Source: Candidatus Bathyarchaeota archaeon (GTDB lineage: Archaea > Thermoproteota > Bathyarchaeia > Bathyarchaeales > Bathycorpusculaceae). Taken from it: a stretch of 64,000 nucleotides of DNA. The notes under the pieces are model-generated. The model saw only the letters and a list, made by a program, of their open reading frames with translations, searched no databases and was not told where the DNA came from. The translations under genes and the position numbers were made by a program. Shown here in pieces: positions 1 to 8,507 of this stretch (position 1 is the first letter of the stretch; each line of letters opens with the position of its first letter). The DNA is taken from assembly GCA_937873375.1 (NCBI GenBank), contig CALMWK010000125.1:24870-88869 (forward strand), given 5' to 3'.

Positions 1-1572
1 TGTGTAGAACATGGGGATTATAACGTATTCCAGCTTGTTGTACAGGTCTTCAACTTCTTTCTGGTAGCCTTCTTGGATGTCTAAGCCTTCGTCGGGGTGG
101 GGACCTATAGACCAGCCAGTGACGCCTTCTATCCAGCCTTCAACCCACCAACCGTCCAACACACTAAAGTTTAGTACGCCATTGTGCGCTGCTTTCATTC
201 CGCTGGTGCCTGAAGCTTCCAAGGGTTTAAGCGGCGTGTTAAGCCACACATCCACGCCAGTGACGAGTTTAGTTGCCATGTTTATGTCGTAGTTCTCTAA
301 GTAGACCATTTTTATGTCAGGCAGGAGTTTTTTTGCATAGCCAAACAGGTCTTCAATGAGTTTTTTGCCCTGTGTGTCTCTGGGGTGGGCTTTTCCTGCG
401 AATATCATTTGGAATTTGCCTTTTTTGTTTATTTTCTTTAGCCGTTCAAGGTCTGAAAATAGCAATCGGGCTCTTTTGTACTCGGTTGCTCGTCGGGCAA
501 ACCCCAAAGTGAACGTGTCATAGGTCATGCCGACGTGGGTTAATTCGTTGACGTAATCTATCAGGGCTTTCTTTTGTTCTTTATGTGCTTGCCAGATTTC
601 TTCATGAGGAATTCCGTCGGCGACTCTCGCAAGTAATTCAGGTTCGTTTGCCCAGCCGGGCAGGTACTTGTCGTAGAGTTTTCGGTAGCTTTCGCCTGTC
701 CACATGTAGGAGTGTATACCATTTGTTACGGCGTGGATTTCGTATCCTGCAAACATGCGCTGAGATACTGCGCGGTGCTGTTTGGCTACACCGTTAACGT
801 AGTTGCTCAGGTTCAGAGCAAGCAGAGTCATGTTCAGGTTGTCGTTGCCCCCGAACTTTTTCAGCTCGTTTATGTCGGCGGTGCCGTCGAGGATCTCCTT
901 AACTAGGTCATAGTTGAACTTGTCATGTCCTGCCTCTACGGGTGTGTGGGTGGTGAAGACGCATAGTTCATGAACTTTATCGGTGTCCATTGCGTGTTTG
1001 TGTAGGAGTTCCAAGGCAAGGAAGCTGCCGTGCCCCTCGTTTATGTGGTATTTTCTGATTTTGAATCCCAAGGCGTCAAGCATTCTCACTCCGCCGATGC
1101 CTAAAACAACTTCTTGCTTTACGCGGTATCTTTGGTCTCCGCCGTAGAGGAAAAAGGTGATTTCTCGGTCTTCGGGCGTGTTTCCTTCCACATCAGTGTC
1201 AAGAAAAAGCACAGGAACAACCCCGCCAGTTACGCTTTGCAACCTGTAAAGCCACGCTTTGACCTTTACGGCTCTACCTTGAATATGTACTGAAACTTCG
1301 GCGGATAACAGTTTCATGTATTTTGATGGATCCCACTCTTGCGGGTGTTCTATTTGTTTTCCGTCAGGAGTCAGTTCCTGTCTGAAGAAGCCCTTTTTGC
1401 TGATTAAGGTGACCGCGACCAGAGGGAGCCTCAAATCGGCGCTGGAGCGTATGGTGTCGCCTGCAAGAATGCCCAGACCACCTGCGTATGTTGGTATATC
1501 GTTTGTTAAGCCAACTTCCATGGAAAAGAACGCTATTTTGTGCCCCTTTAAGAGACCCTCTAAATCATCCAT
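1..1572 (-). CDS. alpha-glucan (glycogen/maltodextrin) phosphorylase; C-terminus lies beyond the window edge
   Basis: Absent from the ORF track because it runs open to the window edge. My reverse-strand translation from the ATG at 1572 reads MDDLEGLLKGHKIAFFSMEVGLTNDIPTYAGGLGILAGDTIRSSADLRLPLVAVTLISKKGFF. The PLP-lysine motif EASGTSGMKA is encoded near 193-222. Confidence 0.85.
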   Translation of the reverse strand, partial: MDDLEGLLKGHKIAFFSMEVGLTNDIPTYAGGLGILAGDTIRSSADLRLPLVAVTLISKKGFFRQELTPDGKQIEHPQEWDPSKYMKLLSAEVSVHIQGRAVKVKAWLYRLQSVTGGVVPVLFLDTDVEGNTPEDREITFFLYGGDQRYRVKQEVVLGIGGVRMLDALGFKIRKYHINEGHGSFLALELLHKHAMDTDKVHELCVFTTHTPVEAGHDKFNYDLVKEILDGTADINELKKFGGNDNLNMTLLALNLSNYVNGVAKQHRAVSQRMFAGYEIHAVTNGIHSYMWTGESYRKLYDKYLPGWANEPELLARVADGIPHEEIWQAHKEQKKALIDYVNELTHVGMTYDTFTLGFARRATEYKRARLLFSDLERLKKINKKGKFQMIFAGKAHPRDTQGKKLIEDLFGYAKKLLPDIKMVYLENYDINMATKLVTGVDVWLNTPLKPLEASGTSGMKAAHNGVLNFSVLDGWWVEGWIEGVTGWSIGPHPDEGLDIQEGYQKEVEDLYNKLEYVIIPMFYT

Positions 1573-1719
1573 TTTATCAGTGTCCTTAAGTCCGCGGTTA
1601 AAGTGTTGACGGAGTTATGCCTTACGCAGTTGTTTTGTCGCGCTTTAATCTGTTTTGATTGGTCCCTTAGAATTCAGATGTTTCTTGGTTTTCACAAAGC
1701 CAAAAAGCTAAAAGAGTTT

Positions 1720-1971
1720 TTAGGTGGTTACCTGCTCCTCAGTTAGTTGTTCCATCAAACCCATTTCAACTGGATCTTCTTCAGCCACATCGTTGTGCTT
1801 TTTGGGAACAACCGTTTTTCTTTGGGGCGTTCTCTTGGTGTTTGCGTGCGACTCTCCAACTATGGACAGAAGCCAACCAACCATGAAAACAAGGGCTAAA
1901 ACTGGAAACAATAAAACTGCTACTATCCGCCGTCGCTTCCGCAAAGATTCTCGCCTTAGAAAACACTTCAC
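1720..1971 (-). CDS. hypothetical small membrane protein
   Basis: 83 aa with a basic N-terminus, one hydrophobic helix (IVAVLLFPVLALVFMVGWLLSIV) and an acidic tail. No family recognised. Confidence 0.35.
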   Translation of the reverse strand: MKCFLRRESLRKRRRIVAVLLFPVLALVFMVGWLLSIVGESHANTKRTPQRKTVVPKKHNDVAEEDPVEMGLMEQLTEEQVTT

Positions 1972-2047
1972 ACGAATCTATTTAAGGAATATGGATTATC
2001 AATACATCATAATGATTTTGTTCGGATACAGCAACGCCATCAGAATA

Positions 2048-2803
2048 TTAACTGGTTGTAATTCTGGCGAGGTTTCTGCAGATTTCTTCCAAATCTTCTG
2101 CAATGATGTCTGGTTTTTGTCCGCTTGCATGCAAGTCCTTTAGAGAATTAAACTGTGAGAGAACAAACACGGTTTTGAATCCTGCGTCTGCTGCACCTTT
2201 GATGTCTTCTATGGGGCTGTCGCCGATGTAAACTGCTTCGTCAGGTTTCACTTGCAGCCGTTCCAAAGTGTCTGTGAAGATTTTTTTGTGTGGTTTTCGC
2301 CAGCCGTTTTCCTCCGAAACTACAACGGTGTTGAAGAAGTGGTTGATGCCTAACTGCCGCAAACTCGCGTGAACCACAGGTGCGTAGGTGAAGTTTGAGA
2401 TTAAGCCCAGTTTGAATTTGTCAGAAGCTTTCTTTAGCAGTTTTTCCGCGCAAGGTCTTAGCACAAGGGAATCAATGAAGTCTTGGAAGAACACGTTCAA
2501 CGCTGCCTTCATGCCCAAATCATCCACGTTGACCTCGTAGCCTAAGCTGCAGAGCGTTTCCGAAACCCACACTGCGTTCGTTATCTCTTTAAACTCTCCA
2601 TAGCGAACCAAACGGTACTTCTCGTGCGCTTTGGTGTACGCATCAAAAAACTTTTGCCGCTCAGTTTCAAAACCCACATCTGCCAGCGCACTGTGAAGTT
2701 TCGCTATAGAAGCCTCTAGCGTGTACCTGCGTGGACTCGCAAGGGTGCCAATGTAATCTGTGATTACAGCTTTAACCTGAGGCATCGTGCTCGCTTGTAA
2801 CAT
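2048..2803 (-). CDS. HAD-superfamily hydrolase
   Basis: Motif I-like VITDYIGTL near the N-terminus and motif IV YIGDSPIEDI. The second Asp of the canonical DxD is not present. The start could instead be the MPQVK methionine. Confidence 0.7.
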   Translation of the reverse strand: MLQASTMPQVKAVITDYIGTLASPRRYTLEASIAKLHSALADVGFETERQKFFDAYTKAHEKYRLVRYGEFKEITNAVWVSETLCSLGYEVNVDDLGMKAALNVFFQDFIDSLVLRPCAEKLLKKASDKFKLGLISNFTYAPVVHASLRQLGINHFFNTVVVSEENGWRKPHKKIFTDTLERLQVKPDEAVYIGDSPIEDIKGAADAGFKTVFVLSQFNSLKDLHASGQKPDIIAEDLEEICRNLARITTS

Positions 2804-2815
2804 GGAAAATGTCGG

Positions 2816-3538
2816 TTATACTGTTTGCGCTATCGCCTTGACTTTACGAGCTACCTCAGTTTTGAGAAGATTTTCTGCGTCGCCTATCGCGGCTTCAACT
2901 TTCGGGTCATAGGGAATTCCAGCAAGAAACTTCAAACCCAACGCTTCAGTTTGCTGTTGAAGATTTGTCGATTCTGTCATCTTCATGTTCTCCACCACGC
3001 CCAAAACAGGCACTCCCAATTCTTGCAGCAGACCGCCAAGTTTCTTGACGGTTTCAAACGCCAACTGAGAAGAAGTTGTCACAACCAAAAACTCAATGCG
3101 TTTCACAAACCGAATCAGGTCAAGCACTGCGTCGCCGATTCCAGGCGGCATGTCAATCACCAGATAATCCAAGTCGCTCCACAACGTAACCGCGAGCAAC
3201 TCGATTAGGGCGTTTGAGGTGTCTGCTCCGCGTAGTGGTGCTGCGTGGTTCCCTGAATAGTATACAAGGGACATGTATTCTAAGCCGTGGACAACTGGTG
3301 GAATCAACCCCTTCTCCTCACATGGCTGCACGCCTTCGGCGCCTAGGATAATGTGTGTTGATGGGCTGGTGAAGTCCAAGTCGAAAAGTCCAACTTTGCA
3401 ACCCCGCTTTACCAGCGACAGCGCCAGTGTGGTTGCCACCATGCTTTTGCCGACCCCGCCCTTCCCGCTGGAAACCGCAATGATTCTTCTGATGTTTTTT
3501 AGTCGTTTGTCTATGATGTTTACTCGGGGGTCAGCCAC
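2816..3538 (-). CDS. Mrp/MinD-family P-loop ATPase, probable ATPase-type HypB (nickel insertion partner of HypA)
   Basis: Deviant Walker A SSGKGGVGKS and a length of 240 aa. It lies 3 nt downstream of hypA on the same strand. I saw no CxxC Fe-S scaffold motif. Confidence 0.65.
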   Translation of the reverse strand: MADPRVNIIDKRLKNIRRIIAVSSGKGGVGKSMVATTLALSLVKRGCKVGLFDLDFTSPSTHIILGAEGVQPCEEKGLIPPVVHGLEYMSLVYYSGNHAAPLRGADTSNALIELLAVTLWSDLDYLVIDMPPGIGDAVLDLIRFVKRIEFLVVTTSSQLAFETVKKLGGLLQELGVPVLGVVENMKMTESTNLQQQTEALGLKFLAGIPYDPKVEAAIGDAENLLKTEVARKVKAIAQTV

Positions 3539-3540
3539 GG

Positions 3541-3939
3541 TTACTTTGCTCCTTTGATGCTTTCAAGCCAAACTCCGCGGCCTTCTAAAATTTCAAAATC
3601 TGGGCTGCCACATTTTGGGCATTTGATGTATGTGTGTGCCACTTCTGGAACGAAGTGTATGGCTTCCGCTGTTTCCTTGTCCAGTTTGGTTTTCTTGAAA
3701 AGCCACGTGTTCCCGCAGATTCTGCACTTAAAAGAGGCTTTAGATTTGGTTAAAAGGAATTTGGTGTTCCTAAAGTTCTCTGGTTTAAGCTGTGTCAATG
3801 CAAAACGGAAAATGCCGCGTTCCACATCCTGCATCTCCCCAATTTTCACAGTCACTTCCGTAACCTGTTTCAGCCCTTCTTGCTCAGCAATTTTGGTGGC
3901 TGTGGCGATTACGGCTTCAGCTAATGCCCACTCATGCAT
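3541..3939 (-). CDS. hypA: hydrogenase nickel-incorporation protein HypA
   Basis: Typical MHEWALAEAV N-terminus and a zinc site CRICG...CPKCG. The ORF-track start at 3984 adds 15 implausible residues. Confidence 0.8.
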   Translation of the reverse strand: MHEWALAEAVIATATKIAEQEGLKQVTEVTVKIGEMQDVERGIFRFALTQLKPENFRNTKFLLTKSKASFKCRICGNTWLFKKTKLDKETAEAIHFVPEVAHTYIKCPKCGSPDFEILEGRGVWLESIKGAK

Positions 3940-4035
3940 GAAAAAGCAGAAGCACGCTGCGTCAATTAAACATATTGCAGGCAACTGGATTTAGCTTTGA
4001 AACTTGCGCTGAACGGTGCAGTTTCTGGAAGGCGG

Positions 4036-4377
4036 TTATTTTTTTCCGAACGTTGCAGGGTCGATTTGCCTGCGTTTTCCATCTTTGTCAACAACGTAAA
4101 AGTGGAAGTCGTATTCGTCGCAGTAGTTCTTTACTTCTATGTAACCCTCTTTGTCGCCTGCAAACATTTCCTCGGTGGCAACTTCACAGATGCGGCGCAA
4201 ACAACCTTTCTTTTTTGCTTCGACGTCGGGAAGATATGTTCCTATTTTTGCAGGTTTTGCCCAGCCTTCCAAATTTGCTTTAACTTCCCATTTATCCTTC
4301 TTCAACTCGTCAGCAATTGACCTGACGCATTCATCGTGGCTGTTTTGTTCTGATGCCTTTTTCTTATTCGTTTTCAC
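4036..4377 (-). CDS. hypothetical protein, possible PD-(D/E)xK-like nuclease fold
   Basis: The ORF is open to 4449 (GTG). The GTG at 4377 is preceded by GGAGG and gives MKTNKKK... The motif YLPDVEAKKKG resembles PD..ExK. Weak call. Confidence 0.4.
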   Translation of the reverse strand: MKTNKKKASEQNSHDECVRSIADELKKDKWEVKANLEGWAKPAKIGTYLPDVEAKKKGCLRRICEVATEEMFAGDKEGYIEVKNYCDEYDFHFYVVDKDGKRRQIDPATFGKK

Positions 4378-4448
4378 ACCTCCAAAAAAGTAGTGCTTGA
4401 CGTGTTTATTTAGGGATTTGAAGAAGAAATAACTGCTGGTTTTTGACA

Positions 4449-4566
4449 CTTAGTAGGCACCCTACGTTTTGGTCTACCCCTTCCCCTCTACCCTTTTTTG
4501 CGGTTCTGACTTACCCCCTATAGGTAACGGTAACTGCATAGAATCTCTAATAGGCACCAAATAGGA
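4449..4566 (+). repeat. intergenic repeat family, copy A
   Basis: Aligns over about 115 nt with the reverse complement of 62945-63055, and more loosely with 51961-52155. Shared modules are cttagtagg..accctacgttt..ctacccc..cccct..taccctttttt, ccccctataggtaactgcata and ctaatag..ccaaata. Confidence 0.85.
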
Positions 4567-4703
4567 ACAGCCAAACGCAGCTGCTCAACAAATCAAAAGG
4601 CAGAACCATTTTGAAGTGAACTGGTTATTCACTGGAGGAGGGTTTGCTGGAGCTCTGGCGGAGGAGAGATTTTAGGAGAGAGAAAATGAAAACCCTTTGC
4701 TGC

Positions 4704-5054
4704 CTACCGCTTTAGTAGTGGAACCGCCAGAGCCCTCTCAGCCCATTTTTGCCTCTGCAGCTTTGGTTTGCTTGCGTTTGCGAACTTTTGGTGCTGCATC
4801 TGTGGCTTGTACTTCAGGATGGAAACGTCGTAGTCGTCAGCGTTGGATTTGCCGTTGGAGAGCCAAACTTCAAGGGTGTTCTTTTGGAATAGCTCGTGGA
4901 GGGTTTGAGTTTCCTGTTCTGTTGCCAGTGGTTGAAGGACGGTCTTTCCTTTTTCTTCGTAGACGAGTACAGTAATGCATTTGGTTTTAAGATCGGGTGT
5001 TGCAGCGGGTACACTTGTGAGTCTGCATTTTTGCCGTCTCGCAGAGCCTTTCAT
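4704..5054 (-). CDS. hypothetical protein
   Basis: 116-aa ORF with a plausible central segment (ITVLVYEEKGKTVLQPLATEQETQTLHELFQKNTLEVWLSNGK). No family recognised. Confidence 0.35.
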   Translation of the reverse strand: MKGSARRQKCRLTSVPAATPDLKTKCITVLVYEEKGKTVLQPLATEQETQTLHELFQKNTLEVWLSNGKSNADDYDVSILKYKPQMQHQKFANASKPKLQRQKWAERALAVPLLKR

Positions 5055-5114
5055 TTTTAAGCCTCAGACATACCGTTGTGTGTCAATTTTTGGATAAAAC
5101 AGTTTTTGTAAAGA

Positions 5115-5131
5115 TTTCTTGTCACAAGAAA
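5115..5131. promoter_or_regulatory. perfect palindrome tttcttgt-c-acaagaaa upstream of the ArsR-type gene (candidate operator)
   Basis: 8-bp arms with a 1-nt spacer, about 90 nt upstream of the 5220 start. It abuts the 11-mer tttgtaaagat (5105-5115), which recurs inverted at 6617-6627. Confidence 0.3.
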
Positions 5132-5219
5132 AATATACCATATACGCATGGTACAGATTTCTTATCTTGAAGGGTGATTCTTCACAGATAAATTCTAATG
5201 CACCAAGTTACAATGTTGG

Positions 5220-6554
5220 ATGGTGGCTTGGATGTCTGGTTCAGAAGAAGAAACATACTCGCTCATGTTTAGTTCCCTGAGACATCCGGCACGCCGCAAA
5301 ATCCTCCGAATGCTGTCAGAAAAAGCAATGACGTTCTCGCAGATGCTGGAGGAACTTGCAATTCCCAGCTCCCACCTAACATATCACCTTGAAAACCTCG
5401 GAGACTTGTTGGTTAAGGAGAAGGATGGAAAATACAAGTTATCTAGTTTTGGCAGGGCGTCGGTGTCTATGATGAAGGGCGCTGAAGAAGTGCCGAATAT
5501 CCACACGAAGCGTTTCTCGGAGTTGCCCCTGAGGTGGAAGTCACTTTACGCTGTTTTCATCATAGGTATACTGCTGTTGTCGACCTTTGCCTTTGTTCAG
5601 CAGACATCCATCAACCAATTGTCCAGTAACTATGACCTACTGAAAGCGGATTTTGACAAAATACAAACGCAAAACCAGCAACTGCTCTCATGGAGCACTT
5701 CGGCGAGCAAAGCAATGTCCATCATTAGAGACGTCGTCCAAATCGATGTTGAGAAGTATCAAGCAACCCTCCTCAGCAACACAGTGGAAGACCGCGCAGA
5801 CCTAGGCGGTGTCATCGAGGAGGTAATCAGGTATTCGTTCGTTAATTCCGCGAGCAGAATAGAGTTGACTTTGAGGTTTAGAAACAACCACTTATCGCTC
5901 TTTCAACTGAACCAGCTGGAAGGATTCCCAAACTATCCGCCACTCTACACGAAAGCACAGCCAAGAGACGCACTTCAGGCGGGGACAGAGCTTCTTGGGA
6001 GATACCAGTCCATAATGGGTGAACCTTACCTTCAAGAAATGAACCAACTTTTGACGTTGGTCAATCAAACAACCGAAGACCAGACGTTGGGAAATACTAG
6101 ATTGAGAATGGCAGCTTTTGGGGGAAACGCAGAAATCTGGCTGTTTTACACCGAGAACGGAACTGACTTCGCGGCTAAACGTGTGCATATAGTCTCTCAG
6201 AACCACGTAATAACAGAGCTGAGTGACGATTGGAATCTCTACAAAATTGGAACCGCAGAAGTTAACGTCTCCGGCGAGCAAGCGATTCAGATTGCGAAAA
6301 ACGCTGCCAGAAGCTACAGTTGGAATTCAGGCGGAGTGCAAGTGTCTGATTTTGAGATTCTGGATTCGCCCATTTCAGCGGAATTTTATCCTCATACTAG
6401 GACTTCATACTTGACGTTGGTGCCTTACTGGTATGTGACCTTGCATCTGGACAAGACGTATCCTGGAGGAGTCAACGTCCTAGCCGTCGGAGTTTGGGCG
6501 GACACTGGAGAAGTAGCAAACATCCAAGCTCTTGGGGACCAAACAGCGCCATAG
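5220..6554 (+). CDS. membrane-anchored ArsR-family winged-helix regulator with a large extracytoplasmic C-terminal domain
   Basis: N-terminal wHTH (LRHPARRKILRMLSEKAMTFSQMLEELAIPSSHLTYHLENLGDLLV). One TM helix (LYAVFIIGILLLSTFAFV) is followed by about 310 aa with no recognised family. Confidence 0.7.
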   Translation: MVAWMSGSEEETYSLMFSSLRHPARRKILRMLSEKAMTFSQMLEELAIPSSHLTYHLENLGDLLVKEKDGKYKLSSFGRASVSMMKGAEEVPNIHTKRFSELPLRWKSLYAVFIIGILLLSTFAFVQQTSINQLSSNYDLLKADFDKIQTQNQQLLSWSTSASKAMSIIRDVVQIDVEKYQATLLSNTVEDRADLGGVIEEVIRYSFVNSASRIELTLRFRNNHLSLFQLNQLEGFPNYPPLYTKAQPRDALQAGTELLGRYQSIMGEPYLQEMNQLLTLVNQTTEDQTLGNTRLRMAAFGGNAEIWLFYTENGTDFAAKRVHIVSQNHVITELSDDWNLYKIGTAEVNVSGEQAIQIAKNAARSYSWNSGGVQVSDFEILDSPISAEFYPHTRTSYLTLVPYWYVTLHLDKTYPGGVNVLAVGVWADTGEVANIQALGDQTAP

Positions 6555-6606
6555 CGTACCCCCAAACCAAGCGGCATCGTATCTGAGACTTATTTTGCAG
6601 TTTTGT

Positions 6607-6627
6607 TTTGTAAAAAATCTTTACAAA
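6607..6627. promoter_or_regulatory. 21-nt near-perfect palindrome tttgtaaaaaatctttacaaa between two convergent genes
   Basis: 9 of 10 arm positions pair. It sits in a T-rich stretch between the stops of the 5220 gene and Alba, so it could be a terminator or an operator. Confidence 0.3.
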
Positions 6628-6806
6628 CACCCGCATCGCCAGCTCAACTCAGGGTTGACATAATTACTAAAGCGGAAGATATTACATAATCACGAACAAA
6701 AAACGGGCAGTGTAAAAAGTGTTTGCGCGAAAGACAATGGAGTATTAATATCAAAAAATGGAAGAAAATTTGAAGATGGTTTTGGTTTCTGTTTGCTCTG
6801 TTTGGC

Positions 6807-7091
6807 TTACTTTTTCATTGTTATTTCCATCGTAGAAACCATTCTGGACTTTGTCTCGCCCTCTCGTGGTGGCATCTCAACTGTTCCTATGGCTATCTTG
6901 GTGACTTTGAGGTCTTTTACGAATCGGTTTCGGGCTATTTCAGCCACGTCGACTGCGGTGGTTATCGCTTGACCTCGGGCTTTCAGTGTTATTTCTTTTG
7001 GAGTGCCTGAAGAGAGAGCCGTGATTATGGCCAGAACATAACTCATTGGTGGTTTGTTTCCGATGAAGATAACGTCTGCATTTTCTGTCAT
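6807..7091 (-). CDS. albA: DNA/RNA-binding protein Alba
   Basis: 94 aa. IFIGNKPPMSYVLAIITAL...KARGQAITTAVDVAEIARNRF is a typical Alba fold signature. Confidence 0.9.
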   Translation of the reverse strand: MTENADVIFIGNKPPMSYVLAIITALSSGTPKEITLKARGQAITTAVDVAEIARNRFVKDLKVTKIAIGTVEMPPREGETKSRMVSTMEITMKK

Positions 7092-7393
7092 TTTCTTTTA
7101 CTCCTTTGTTTTTTGTGTAACGTTGCCGCTTATGCGCGTATCTGTCCGCGACGGAACATTACTAGTTCATAGTAGTCGATAATCTTCCTTATAAGTTATA
7201 TGTGCAAAATACCGACCACTCAAATTAATAATTAAATTTTAGGTTAATTATGTTCCTTTTGAACCAAACATCACTTAAAAACAATCACGCCACCAATAAC
7301 TCGCGCAGCAAAAAATTACGCGCATAGCACACAACCTGAGCAACAGCCCAACTTTAATAACAAGCATCAACATACAAAACTAAGAATTCGCCT

Positions 7394-8005
7394 ATGCTAA
7401 CCAAACTGAAAAAGAAAGTCCAAGAAATGCTGTCTGCAGAAGCCAAAGCAGCACACAAGATAGGCTTAACACCTAACATCGTATCCGCCATAGGCTTTAT
7501 TTTGGCGTTTCTTTCAGCCACAGCCTATGCCCTATCACAGGAACACCCGCTTATGCTTATCTTAGGTTTGGTTTTACTTATGTCCTCAGGTTTCTGCGAC
7601 ACATTAGATGGCGTATTAGCTCGGACTTTCCAGCAAGCAAGCGTGTTCGGCGGCTTCCTCGATTCGCTACTGGACAGATACGCAGACGCAGCAGTGTATG
7701 CGGGCATAATAATTGGTGGGCTCTGCAACCCAATCATAGGGTTAATTGCTTTAGCAGGTTCCTTCATGGTGAGCTACAGCCGCGCAAGAGCTGAAGCGGC
7801 AGGCATAAAAATGGAGTCCATAGGCATAGCTGAGAGACCTGAGCGCATCATAATTTTGGCTGCTGCAACAATAGCCGAGGTTTTCTTGCCGACCGCTTTA
7901 AACATAGGAATAATAGTGTTAGCGGTTCTCTCGAACTTTACAGTGTTACAAAGAGGACTACATGTTTATAAAACGCTGAAAAAGGGAAATAGACCTGAAA
8001 ATTAG
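7394..8005 (+). CDS. CDP-alcohol phosphatidyltransferase family protein (candidate archaetidylinositol-phosphate synthase)
   Basis: Signature DTLDGVLAR...GGFLDSLLDRYAD (DGxxAR..G..D..D) in a polytopic membrane protein. Confidence 0.8.
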   Translation: MLTKLKKKVQEMLSAEAKAAHKIGLTPNIVSAIGFILAFLSATAYALSQEHPLMLILGLVLLMSSGFCDTLDGVLARTFQQASVFGGFLDSLLDRYADAAVYAGIIIGGLCNPIIGLIALAGSFMVSYSRARAEAAGIKMESIGIAERPERIIILAAATIAEVFLPTALNIGIIVLAVLSNFTVLQRGLHVYKTLKKGNRPEN

Positions 8006-8292
8006 TATCTGCGTTTTGCACGTGAGTGGCGTTCGTTTTCGGCTCGGACCTTCACGATACCTCGGTGAACCGCGCAGGATATGCAGTACCACTTTGTGTC
8101 AACCCACGAAGCTATGTATGTTCCCTTTTGCCGCAGCTCTTTGGCTAGTTGTGGTTCTACAAAGGATACTCGGCGTGTTGATCTCTTAGCTTTGTCTCTT
8201 GGTACCTGTTGTCCGCAGTTGGCGCATTGTACTAGGGTACTGCTTCCTTTGCTTCCTTTTGATCTTCCTCGGCTTTTTCGTTTAGATGGCAA
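8002..8292 (-). CDS. rps26e: 30S ribosomal protein eS26
   Basis: KRKSRGRSKG...VQCANCGQQVPRDKA...YCISCAVH is the characteristic S26e zinc-binding pattern. Confidence 0.85.
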   Translation of the reverse strand: MPSKRKSRGRSKGSKGSSTLVQCANCGQQVPRDKAKRSTRRVSFVEPQLAKELRQKGTYIASWVDTKWYCISCAVHRGIVKVRAENERHSRAKRRY

Positions 8293-8507
8293 TTTTTGGG
8301 AACCCCTTTTGGTTCATCATCAAATAGTCAATCTACTGCCTTATATATCTGCTCTTGGGTTAAAAAGAAAAGCAAAGGTTTACTTCTAAACAAAAAAACC
8401 AGCAAAGCAGGATGTCTCAAGTGGTGTGGCAAACTCTTAAATTGCGCGTTCTTATTTGTTGACTGTGGACGCCAAAGTTCAGCTAAAGTGTTGAGCGTGT
8501 TGTAAGC

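Noticed and set aside
2048-2803. HAD hydrolase lacking the second Asp of the DxD motif (TDYIGT), considered as an unusual catalytic variant
   Set aside because: Single-Asp variants such as haloacid-dehalogenase-type D.YGT are well known within the superfamily. This is not unusual without further evidence.
7150-7300. AT-rich intergenic region considered as a replication origin, given the many replisome genes nearby
   Set aside because: I found no repeated ORB or mini-ORB-like elements and no orc1/cdc6 gene in the window. It is more simply the divergent promoter region of Alba and the 7394 gene.
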